A program made the translations under genes and the position numbers. The notes beneath the pieces were generated by a model, which saw only the letters and a program-made list of their open reading frames with translations, searched no databases and had not been told where the DNA came from. A stretch of 64,000 bases of DNA from an uncultured Methanosarcinales archaeon (lineage in GTDB: Archaea; Nanobdellota; Nanobdellia; Woesearchaeales; JACPBV01), in assembly GCA_964577685.1 (NCBI GenBank), contig CAZNZT010000002.1, forward strand, positions 1-64,000. The letters run 5' to 3'. Below are positions 51,782 to 60,423 of this stretch, in pieces (position 1 is the first letter of the stretch; every line of letters starts with the position of its first letter).

Positions 51782-52642
51782 TCATCTCAAAAAGCTCTGC
51801 CTTACAATATTCTGGTACACCCTCACATTGCCCAAAACATATGTCTCAATAACAGCAGCAATCAACAAGATTATAAATGCAAATATCAAAAATATCGTTG
51901 TATTTTTTGTGATTTGCCTAAATCTTTGATTCATGAAACTTTCTTTTAGCAAACCCTTTGAGATTATTCCACCAGCAGAACCAGAGCAAACATAGGAAAA
52001 AGCTTCAAGAATCATATGTGGGCTTACAACCCCAATCACTATTAAAAAAATAAAAAATGGATTTTGTGCTGTTGATTCTGCAGCCGTCTTTGCTATATTC
52101 CCGAATATAGTGCCCCATACACTTGCATTCCATATTATTAGGAATATTCCTCCGTCACCGAACACAAACGCAGCCAAAAAGCATAACACGAAAACACCCA
52201 TGTTATTAGATATCAAATCTCTAAGCAGTCCAAAGGAGAATATAGCATTGCCTGTCCTACTCCTATATAAAACCTGAATTTGATTTTCAAATATGTGGTT
52301 TGTAGCCAAGTTTGGAAGTATCAAAGCAAAAAGTGAGAATGCCAGAAGGCTTCCCAAGAAGAATAAACCATACACATAGATAACATACCTATGCTCCATT
52401 AGGAATCTGATAGGATGGAACTCCTCTTTTTTTGATTCTATCTCCTCCTCTTGTTTCAGTAGTTTGTTTAATGTTGGATAAATCATTATAGCAATAAATG
52501 CAACAGCAACAATGGCAGGATCTTCTGGGAAAAGGATAACAGAAGCTCCAATACCTATAACAGAATAACATAAGCCCAACAATAAAGCATAGGTTGGGTT
52601 CTCTTCTATAAGCCTTAAAGGATAAAGTTGTTCAAGCACCAT
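51782..52642 (-). CDS. SpoIIM/DUF95-like membrane protein
   Basis: Multi-TM; SNN, WNASVWG, PHMILE, AAVIETY. Confidence 0.8.
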   Translation of the reverse strand: MVLEQLYPLRLIEENPTYALLLGLCYSVIGIGASVILFPEDPAIVAVAFIAIMIYPTLNKLLKQEEEIESKKEEFHPIRFLMEHRYVIYVYGLFFLGSLLAFSLFALILPNLATNHIFENQIQVLYRSRTGNAIFSFGLLRDLISNNMGVFVLCFLAAFVFGDGGIFLIIWNASVWGTIFGNIAKTAAESTAQNPFFIFLIVIGVVSPHMILEAFSYVCSGSAGGIISKGLLKESFMNQRFRQITKNTTIFLIFAFIILLIAAVIETYVLGNVRVYQNIVRQSFLR

Positions 52643-52662
52643 CTTATTATTTTCAGAACCCC

Positions 52663-53490
52663 TTACACGCCAAACTTCCTAAAGGTTTCTTCTATTACCT
52701 TGTCCTCCCATCCTTCTCTCAAAAGAGCAGCTTTAATCTGTTCTTTTGTATAACCCCTCCTTAAGTTTCCACTAATATAATTTTCTAACTCTCTAGTATA
52801 CTCTTGTGTGTATTCTTGTTGGATTGATCCCTCTTTTTTTTCTCCCATGGATTTCTTTATAAAAAAACCAATAGCCAACCCTCCGACTATCACAATCAAA
52901 ACTACAATGCCCACTACTATGGATTTCTTATTCTCTGACATCATCTCTATTGCCTTGGCTTTTTTACTGTAAACCCCTCTTTTTGTTTCTCTCTTGATTG
53001 AAATAATCTCTGCCTTCTGCCATCTGCCATTCTTCAAGAATACTTCATTAGAAGAAAGCAAATTCTTATTGTTATTATAGTCTCTTAGAAGATTAATCGC
53101 TTTTATTAGACCATCCTTGTCTTTTCCACCAATTATTAGGTTGTTTCCATCTAATGATATAATAGCCCCATTTTCATAATCCCAAGGACCTATAAGCCCT
53201 CTTGTTATCTTGTTTTTTTCAGAATTTCCAATAACAATCATGTTTGATTCCGTTATCTTTGTTTCAAAATCGCCTTTGCTTTTTTTTACACTTAATGCAT
53301 TTGAGAGAGCAACAACAGCATTAGAAACCTCTTTGTCTATGCCCTCGCCAATAATAAACATATAATTATCTGGGTTTTTCTTTATCCCGTTTATTAAATC
53401 ATATATTGACAATGGTTTTGCAGAGGCACTGGTAAAAACAATAAAAAATAATATTAAAGAAATCCAACCTCTTTTTTTTATTTCTTTCAT
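52663..53490 (-). CDS. Membrane-anchored protein with S-layer-like domain and cytoplasmic helical tail
   Basis: Signal peptide, NMIVIG...NLIIGG, TM, then YISGNLRRGYTKEQIKAALLREGW. Confidence 0.75.
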   Translation of the reverse strand: MKEIKKRGWISLILFFIVFTSASAKPLSIYDLINGIKKNPDNYMFIIGEGIDKEVSNAVVALSNALSVKKSKGDFETKITESNMIVIGNSEKNKITRGLIGPWDYENGAIISLDGNNLIIGGKDKDGLIKAINLLRDYNNNKNLLSSNEVFLKNGRWQKAEIISIKRETKRGVYSKKAKAIEMMSENKKSIVVGIVVLIVIVGGLAIGFFIKKSMGEKKEGSIQQEYTQEYTRELENYISGNLRRGYTKEQIKAALLREGWEDKVIEETFRKFGV

Positions 53491-53508
53491 CTTTGTTTGT
53501 TCGTAGTT

Positions 53509-55797
53509 CTAACAATCAAAGTTTATATCCCATAATGTTATACCTCTAACACATATCTCATATCCTACAATGTTTCCTTCGTATTTGTTGTAGTATGCAA
53601 TTGCTTTTGCGGCTCTTCTCGTGTCTAGTGCATTAAGACCTGCAACAACCATTTGTGTCTTTCCATTTTTTCTATATACCTTTATAATCCCTGGCTTTTT
53701 ATCACTGAAATTTATAGCACAATTAAAATCTTCTGTAGGAGCATCCATAATAGCCCCCGTTGCCTTATTTGCACAAGGCCCACCGATTGTTATTATATTT
53801 TCATTAGCTGGATTCCCTATTTGGTTGTCAAGCACTATATCAGTAATTCCTGTTATCCCAGCAACATCAATAGCACCTACAGAATCACTTGCCATCGCTC
53901 TTGAACCTATAACTATTTTGAATCCTTTCTTTCCTTTTGCCTTTCCCCTTATATTGTTTATCAAATCATAGATGCTAAGACATTCTTCATCAATAACCCC
54001 GTCACAATCATTATCAAGTAAATCACAATCTTTGTAGCTTTCCTCTATCCTATACTTTGGATTACATTTCTTATAGGTTTCTGCACTGCAACCATTCCAA
54101 CTTCCATCAATACACTCTTCTTGGCAACCCTCACACACACCCAACTGCAATGCACAATCTTGTTCCTCCCCTTCTTTGCATTCACAATGTGGATCTGTTA
54201 ATCCATCACAATCATTATCAAGGCCATCGCACTTTGTTTCATTTACCTCATAGTTAGGATTAAATTCATGATAGTCCGAATCATCACACCCTCTCCAGGC
54301 TTCCCCATCACATCTCTCATATGAACCAGAACAAACACCTGCTTGCTTTGGGCAAGGTCTTATTAAATCCCTATCTAAAGTTGTGCTGTTACAATCATTA
54401 TCTTTACCATCACAAATTTCTTTGTTTCCCGGAAACCTCTCAGCATCTGAATCATCACAATCTCCATCAACAGTTGTGTCATATGGCTCTATACCATAAC
54501 ATAAGCATTTACTAGCAGTTGGATTTCCAGCACCATCTCCATCTTTGTCTGCATAATAAATAATACATCCAGTAGCACCCTCTTCATTGTTGTTGCCATC
54601 ACAATCCTCGTCTTTGTTCTCTCCATCACATATCTCTTCTGCCCCAGGATTTATATTGGGATTATTATCATCACAATCTGGTTCTGGATTACATTGCTCA
54701 TTACCAGTAGCACCACAACAATTGCCGCCTCCTTCTAAGCTGTACATATCCCCATCAACATCTCTGCATACACTAATACCTTTTACTTCCACCTCATCAT
54801 CCCCAAGAATAATTCCACTAATAATTTCATTATTTTCTGTAGCACTCCAATTCCCACCAAATTTTTTAATACCTTCTGTTGGGCAATTTATTGTATAGGA
54901 GAATGATTTATTTTTAAGACTCTCTTCAAAGAACACAAACACCACAGCAGGTCTTTTATTGTGGGGGTTGCATAAACCCCCAAAAGCATCACAAGAAACA
55001 AAGCTACATTCAGATGGATAACCATCCTCTATACTAATACCATCTGGTTTTTTTGATTCATCTATACCTGTAAGCTCTAAACCAACATTAAAATCCGAAT
55101 TTACAACTACTCCACTTGGAAGGCTCCTATACACCTTTATATCCACTCCACAAGCACCACATCCATTACCGCAATCTATTCCGCTTTCATCATAATCCCG
55201 AATACCATTTTTACATTTGTTGATAATCCCCATATCCTTATCAAATAGGATAACATTACTTGATAACTCATCTTGGTAGTATGTATAATTCCTTAAGTAT
55301 CCCATCATCAAAGCAACCTTAGAAACTACTCCTGCTACAGTTACTATAATCCTTGGGATTTTCTTGTCAACATATACTAATCCACCATATTTGGCTTCTA
55401 AATTGTCCACTATTGTGTTGGGTACACCCTCTAAACCACTATTTATGATTTCTTCCAAGAGGCTATTTGACCATACTTTATCATTTATAGAGCCTACAAT
55501 AATAAGATATGGTTCATCTATGCTTACATTGTCTTCTTCAACCACCCTACTTTCTGTTACACCTAACTCCCCAGCCAATTTAGCTATCTCTTGTATTTCT
55601 TCTGCTTTGGCATTACTTCCTACAACTATCTTCCAGTCTGCAGGATCTGTAGCAATCCCACTAATAAAATCATAAACAGTATTATCTTCCTCTCCAGGAG
55701 ACCAGGCCTTACCAGTCGGCCTACAACCAGAAAATAAAAAAACCAATATACTACAAAGAATCAAACAAAAACCAATATAACTTAGCTTTCTTTTCAT
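53509..55797 (-). CDS. Surface protein with two S-layer-type domains flanking Cys/Asp-rich putative metal-binding repeats
   Basis: IVVGSNAKAE and IVIGSRAMASD...IGGPCANKA...VVAGLNALDTRRAA; repeats DCDDxxxxxxPGxxEICDGxDNDC. Confidence 0.85.
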   Translation of the reverse strand: MKRKLSYIGFCLILCSILVFLFSGCRPTGKAWSPGEEDNTVYDFISGIATDPADWKIVVGSNAKAEEIQEIAKLAGELGVTESRVVEEDNVSIDEPYLIIVGSINDKVWSNSLLEEIINSGLEGVPNTIVDNLEAKYGGLVYVDKKIPRIIVTVAGVVSKVALMMGYLRNYTYYQDELSSNVILFDKDMGIINKCKNGIRDYDESGIDCGNGCGACGVDIKVYRSLPSGVVVNSDFNVGLELTGIDESKKPDGISIEDGYPSECSFVSCDAFGGLCNPHNKRPAVVFVFFEESLKNKSFSYTINCPTEGIKKFGGNWSATENNEIISGIILGDDEVEVKGISVCRDVDGDMYSLEGGGNCCGATGNEQCNPEPDCDDNNPNINPGAEEICDGENKDEDCDGNNNEEGATGCIIYYADKDGDGAGNPTASKCLCYGIEPYDTTVDGDCDDSDAERFPGNKEICDGKDNDCNSTTLDRDLIRPCPKQAGVCSGSYERCDGEAWRGCDDSDYHEFNPNYEVNETKCDGLDNDCDGLTDPHCECKEGEEQDCALQLGVCEGCQEECIDGSWNGCSAETYKKCNPKYRIEESYKDCDLLDNDCDGVIDEECLSIYDLINNIRGKAKGKKGFKIVIGSRAMASDSVGAIDVAGITGITDIVLDNQIGNPANENIITIGGPCANKATGAIMDAPTEDFNCAINFSDKKPGIIKVYRKNGKTQMVVAGLNALDTRRAAKAIAYYNKYEGNIVGYEICVRGITLWDINFDC

Positions 55798-55808
55798 TTT
55801 AACACCTT

Positions 55809-56423
55809 TTAACAGTTAGCCCATGCTTCTATAACTCTTAAAATAAATAGGCTATCAACAATCCCATCAGCCCATCTTTCAATAGCTTCAACTATATCTA
55901 GAGAATTAATTCCATCTGGTGGCACAAGGTCATACTCAGAACAAATATCTTCCACTATATTTATTATTTTGCTTTCCTTTAATTCCCTAACTAGCCCCCA
56001 CTTACCTTCAATTTTAGTAGCGTCTATTGGAGATGAGATACTATACTCTATTACATCAGGAATTTTTTGGTTTACATTAATATTTTCCTCAATCACCTGT
56101 GGGGGGTTTAATGCGAATAACCAGATAATCGTCCCATCATGCCAAATTAATGGCTCATTATCCCCCCATGAACCATCAATGATTTCCACTCCATCAGAAA
56201 CCTTCTCAGCGATTATAACAACCTCATCATTCCTCATAAGCAAATCATTCTTGGAAACACTTAACTTAACCTGCGTTCCAGAAACTTCCCTTGTGACATT
56301 AAATATTTCTCCTGGAGCCAAACCGGGAGCCCTTCCAACAGTACAGCCATAAAGGCCAAGCAATAATAAAACCAACAACAATAAAAAAGTGAAAACAACA
56401 ATATTAACCGAATTTTTCATCAA
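55809..56423 (-). CDS. Secreted protein with dockerin-like C-terminus
   Basis: Signal ending GLYGC; YDLVPPDGINSLDIVEAIERWADG...ILRVIEAW. Confidence 0.6.
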   Translation of the reverse strand: MMKNSVNIVVFTFLLLLVLLLLGLYGCTVGRAPGLAPGEIFNVTREVSGTQVKLSVSKNDLLMRNDEVVIIAEKVSDGVEIIDGSWGDNEPLIWHDGTIIWLFALNPPQVIEENINVNQKIPDVIEYSISSPIDATKIEGKWGLVRELKESKIINIVEDICSEYDLVPPDGINSLDIVEAIERWADGIVDSLFILRVIEAWANC

Positions 56424-56690
56424 TATTCCCTCTTCCTTATGCAGATTTTTAAGGAATTCTTTAATTAGTGTTCAATTTATTTTTGAAAATGTTTGATAAA
56501 TTTAAATTTTTCTATTTTTTTATGTGTGCTAGCTAATGATGCACATGATAATAAAACCAAGTACTATTAACTCAAAGCCAAAGAAAACAAAAATTTAGGT
56601 ATTTTGATGTTACTGGCATTTATCTTGTTTTCAAAACATTTAAATATAACTATCCACTATTCAAAGACTATAAAAGCCTGGGTGGATTAA

Positions 56691-58115
56691 ATGTGTATCC
56701 GAAAAATATTTTTGCTCATCTTTGTAGTTTTAGTATTAACCTCGTCTGTATATGCATTTCCGTTTAATGTTGAAGCAAAAGTAATAAACAATGTAATAAC
56801 TCTAGGCGAGTCTGCTTCTTTTAACATAACAATCGAGAACAATCTGAATGAAGAAGAGACATTCAAGGTAAGAACATTGGATTATCCGACTTGGGATATA
56901 AGCTCAAAGCCACCTATGAATCCTATCTTGCTTGATATCCCTCCATTAAAAGAGAAAAGCATAGAGATAACACTTATGCCTCTTACAATAAGACACCTTG
57001 GCGTTTACAATGTGAATGTCCAAATAAAGCAGCAAGGCAAGAAGGAAGGCATAACTCTACCACTAAGAGTTAACTTAGTATCTCCAAAAGCAGGAAAATA
57101 TGTTGAAACTGTTATAGCTACTATAGTGATGGATGATAAGGTTGATCCAACAAAAGAACTCATAACTAAAGTCAAGCTAGATAACCAAAACATCATAAAG
57201 TATCCAAACATTACAATAAAGCTAGATAGCAAGTTTATAAAAGAAGAGAGAAGCATAAACCTTGGCTCAAAGGAAAAGAAGACTATTACCTTCAGAAAAA
57301 CATTAGACCCATTAACAAAACCGCAAGAAGACATTCTCGTAGTAACTGTGTTCACAGGAAACACAACCCTAGACACAAAAATAAAAAGGTTTGAGATAGT
57401 GCCTCACAAAGAAGTAAAAAAGAAAGAGAAAATAGAAAAAAGCTTTCTAAAGAAAACAATATACCTCACTTATACCAACATAGGTAATGTTCCTTACAAA
57501 GGAACGGCAAAAATAAACTCTTCCTTTTTTGAAAGTCTTTTTATGTCAAGCAGGCCAAGAGGCAAGTTCATTAAAGAAAACAATCTAAAGCTTCTAACAT
57601 GGACTCTGGATATTGAACCTGGGGAAAGCACAGAAATAATAGTTGTCTATAATTATATAACCTTGCTTATTATAATATTCCTATTAGTAGTAATAACCTC
57701 CTTATACTATATACTTAGAAGTCCATTAGTCATACAAAAGAAGGCAACCAATATAATGCTCAAGGAGGGTGGAGTAAGTGAGCTAAAAGTCGTCCTAAAT
57801 GTAAAGAACAGAGGGAAGACAATGATCAAAAATATAAGCATAGTAGATAAAATCCCAAACATAGCAGATATAGAAAAGGGGATTACAATCGGCACACTCC
57901 AACCTACAAAAATACTAAAACATGAACATAAAGGGACAATAATAAAGTGGCTTATTGATGAAATTGAGCCAGGCGACGAGAGAGTCATAAGCTATAAGAT
58001 AAGGTCCCATCTATCAATTCTGGGGGAGTTTGCTCTTTCTCCAGCTATAGCAAAGTTTAGAATCAAGGGAAAAGAACGAATTACTCACTCTAATAGCTTA
58101 ACAGTAACTCCATAA
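56691..58115 (+). CDS. Single-pass membrane protein with multiple Ig-like domains
   Basis: 474 aa; signal peptide, TM near residue 325, VKNxG...IVDKIP...W...IEPGDERVISY. Confidence 0.8.
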   Translation: MCIRKIFLLIFVVLVLTSSVYAFPFNVEAKVINNVITLGESASFNITIENNLNEEETFKVRTLDYPTWDISSKPPMNPILLDIPPLKEKSIEITLMPLTIRHLGVYNVNVQIKQQGKKEGITLPLRVNLVSPKAGKYVETVIATIVMDDKVDPTKELITKVKLDNQNIIKYPNITIKLDSKFIKEERSINLGSKEKKTITFRKTLDPLTKPQEDILVVTVFTGNTTLDTKIKRFEIVPHKEVKKKEKIEKSFLKKTIYLTYTNIGNVPYKGTAKINSSFFESLFMSSRPRGKFIKENNLKLLTWTLDIEPGESTEIIVVYNYITLLIIIFLLVVITSLYYILRSPLVIQKKATNIMLKEGGVSELKVVLNVKNRGKTMIKNISIVDKIPNIADIEKGITIGTLQPTKILKHEHKGTIIKWLIDEIEPGDERVISYKIRSHLSILGEFALSPAIAKFRIKGKERITHSNSLTVTP

Positions 58116-58176
58116 TAAGAACTTAATAGGAATTCCGCAATAAAAAATAAAAAAAGGAAAAAAGAAAAAATATTGG

Positions 58177-58205
58177 AGGCAGGCTTAAAAAATAAAAGCC
58201 TGCCT
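58177..58205 (-). terminator. Stem-loop between convergent genes, followed by a U-rich tract on the minus strand
   Basis: AGGCAGGCTT-9 nt-AAGCCTGCCT perfect 10-bp stem; A-rich 58141-58170. Confidence 0.5.
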
Positions 58206-58350
58206 AAAGTCTGGCCCAAATTCGCTGGCCATCACCTCTTTCTCCCTTGCAAGGATAGCATAAATGAGCATGATGAGGCTCCCTTCTTAGTTTTTTGGTG
58301 GGGGGTGGGTGGCTAAAAGAAAGAGCCATTAGGGAGCCTCATTTTAAACA

Positions 58351-58758
58351 TTACCTTTTTAACTCTTTTAGCCATAGCAACCCAATTTTTATCATCTCTT
58401 TATTGAATTTATCACTAAGGGTGTATGTTTTCTTATACAAATCATAATCAATTAAACCCATGCTCTTCATGGGGGTTAATATTCTATCATAAAACTGTCT
58501 TTTATTGTAGCTTATCTTTACCTTTTTTCCCATATACGGCTCTTCCTCAATCCTATCAGTAACAAACTTGCCTTCATGCAACTTAGTTGCAAAAAAGCTC
58601 ATCTCAGTTTTAGTGATTTCACCTCCTTTCTCTTTTATCATATCTATAAGCAACTTGGCTACTATAACTTGTTGCTTTGTTGCAAAGATGATTTCATATA
58701 TGTCTTCCGGAAGATTAAACCTATCAAACAATATAACCATATAACATAATAGAAACAA
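58351..58758 (-). CDS. Conserved-looking hypothetical protein, probable winged helix; likely start 58740 (MVILFDRF)
   Basis: QFYDRILTPMKSMGLIDYDLYKKTYTLSDKF wHTH-like C-terminus. Confidence 0.65.
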   Translation of the reverse strand: MFLLCYMVILFDRFNLPEDIYEIIFATKQQVIVAKLLIDMIKEKGGEITKTEMSFFATKLHEGKFVTDRIEEEPYMGKKVKISYNKRQFYDRILTPMKSMGLIDYDLYKKTYTLSDKFNKEMIKIGLLWLKELKR

Positions 58759-59192
58759 CTAGTATATAAATGTTTCTATTTTAGGAACTAGTATACATAT
58801 ATGTATATTATCTGACTAATCTGACCAGATACAAATTATCAACGTACCGTTCACCCTGTGGATGTTAAGAGGGGGCTGTTCAGGTAAGGATGTTTATAAA
58901 CGGACTTTCTATTTTGAGGTGTTTTGAAAAGCGAGCAGTCAAACGAGCAGTCAGGGTTGCAGAATCCGTGCATTTTGTCCTAAAATGGGATGTTAAGCGT
59001 AATATTATTTCGTTTAATAGGTGTTAGTTTCAATTGTCGGCATAATTATGATATGGGGTTTGTCTTCGCTGTCCTTCGGACAATTAGTCAAAACTTTCAG
59101 TTTTGAAATTTATAATTAAATTTTTTTCCACCCCAAAAAACGATTTGAAAACAAAAATCTTTTTATACTATCTCTTGATTATATATGTTAAG

Positions 59193-59891
59193 ATGAAACA
59201 AAAAATATTTTTTGCAATAGCAATATTGAGTTTGCTTAGTTTGGCAGTATGTGTTTCTGGCAGAATAATTTCAAATGCAGAACTTAACGAGATAGTTGGT
59301 ATAGAGGACCATGGAGTTTATACTATTGATGTTGTGAAAGGGTGGAATTTATTAACTGGTTTTTCATATATTGACTCTTTGTATTGGATTGAGGATTCCG
59401 AGATTTTTCAAGAGGATATTGTAGCAGTATATTACTTTTTTAATAAAGAAAATCAATATAAATTATTTTATACAGCAGAAAATGGTCAGGAGAAGGTGTA
59501 TTATTTAAAGCGGGAATATCCTAACTTAGAGCCTAATTTTGGCTGGCAGATGAATTCTCATGCTTATTGGGTTTATTTTGATAAACCCGGAAAACTGAAG
59601 TACGTTACTCAGGATCAACCTCCATTAAATCAGAGGATTTTATTTAAAGGCTGGAATTTTGTAGGAATCACAAGTGAGATGAAGAATCTGGATTTGATTG
59701 ATGTTTTGGGAGATTGTCAACTTGAGAATGAAAAGGCATATATCTGGGATGCAGAAAAACAGGAATGGGAAAGAATTGGATTACATCAATATGTAGATGA
59801 AAGTTCTATAGGGAAAGGGATAGTAGTTAAAGTTACCTCAGATTGTACTCTTGGAAATGGAGGTATGACCCCCCCAGGGTTACCAAATTGA
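59193..59891 (+). CDS. Secreted protein with two KGWN repeats and PPxLP C-terminus
   Basis: True start probably ATG 59193 (MKQKIFFAIAIL signal peptide) after a TATA near 59160; VKGWNLL and FKGWNFV; ends TPPGLPN. Confidence 0.8.
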   Translation: MKQKIFFAIAILSLLSLAVCVSGRIISNAELNEIVGIEDHGVYTIDVVKGWNLLTGFSYIDSLYWIEDSEIFQEDIVAVYYFFNKENQYKLFYTAENGQEKVYYLKREYPNLEPNFGWQMNSHAYWVYFDKPGKLKYVTQDQPPLNQRILFKGWNFVGITSEMKNLDLIDVLGDCQLENEKAYIWDAEKQEWERIGLHQYVDESSIGKGIVVKVTSDCTLGNGGMTPPGLPN

Positions 59892-59892
59892 A

Positions 59893-60054
59893 ATGATAAA
59901 AGATAAAAGAGGTCCAGCTTGGATATGGATTTTAATAATTCTAATTATTGTAGCTGTTGGAGTTGGTGCTTATTTCTTGTTTTCAGGAGATGGAAGCTCA
60001 ATAATTTCTGGCGGTAACTCAATACCGCAACCACCTGCACTACCAACAGGATAA
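59893..60054 (+). CDS. 53-aa membrane peptide with class III-like signal and PPxLP tail
   Basis: Translated by hand: MIKDKRGPAWIWILIILIIVAVGVGAYFLFSGDGSSIISGGNSIPQPPALPTG*; starts 1 nt after the previous stop. Not in the ORF track. Confidence 0.8.
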   Translation: MIKDKRGPAWIWILIILIIVAVGVGAYFLFSGDGSSIISGGNSIPQPPALPTG

Positions 60055-60234
60055 ATAAAGAAATAATCAAATCGTTTTTTTCCACCCCAAAATTTAGTCT
60101 TCTTCTTAGAAAAAAGAAACAAAAAGCGACGACAAACCCCTAAGAAAGAAATATAGTGCCGACAACTTTGATTTTTTGCCTTCGCTTCGCTACGGAACGT
60201 TGCACTAAAATTCAATCCCTCCAAGTATTCGGGA

Positions 60235-60326
60235 GAAACTAACAGGGCTTAAAGGGTTTCGTTCGGTTGCACCTCGCTACACCCAAATCCTCTAACGAGG
60301 ACTTCGTTAAATCGCATACGTTAAAA
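60235..60326 (+). other. attC-like integron cassette recombination site
   Basis: GAAACTAAC (60235-60243) ... GTTAAAA (60320-60326) with an imperfect internal palindrome. GAAACTAAC is the exact reverse complement of GTTAGTTTC at 59023-59031. Confidence 0.6.
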
Positions 60327-60423
60327 ACAGCCTGTTCTGAACATCCGTTATTGAACATCCTTAACTTGAACGGTACAAATTATCAAATTATTTATTAAAT
60401 TATTAAATATTAAATACCCTAGA

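Larger units (their letters stand above)
59121..60092. repeat. 18-bp direct repeats TTTTTTTCCACCCCAAAA (59121-59138, 60075-60092) with flanking inverted arms
   Basis: Inner arms AAAAAACGATTTGA (59135-59148) / TCAAATCGTTTTTT (60067-60080); outer arms TAAATTTT / AAAATTTA. Confidence 0.85.
58843..60377. mobile_element. Non-autonomous TIR element (1535 bp) with subterminal repeats and 9-10 bp target-site duplication
   Basis: TIR GTACCGTTCA (58844-58853) / TGAACGGTAC (60367-60376). Four GTT-centred repeats at each end with mirror spacing 15-14-14. AATTATCAA at 58834-58842 and 60378-60386. No transposase inside. Confidence 0.8.

Noticed and set aside
58170..58345. tRNA, SRP RNA or RNase P RNA
   Set aside because: No cloverleaf or T-loop, no SRP helix 8 motif and no RNase P conserved regions were recognised.
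59103..59192. ORF-track N-terminal extension of the 262-aa ORF
   Set aside because: It starts at TTG and runs through the repeat site and TATA box; ATG 59193 gives a clean signal peptide.
59970..60224. 84-aa minus-strand ORF
   Set aside because: It is antisense to the 53-aa peptide gene and crosses non-coding repeat sites; no protein-like features.
58843..60377. CRISPR array or casposon interpretation of the short repeats
   Set aside because: The repeats are 9 bp with a 14-15 bp period and are inverted between the two ends, with no spacers; no cas1 or polymerase gene is present.
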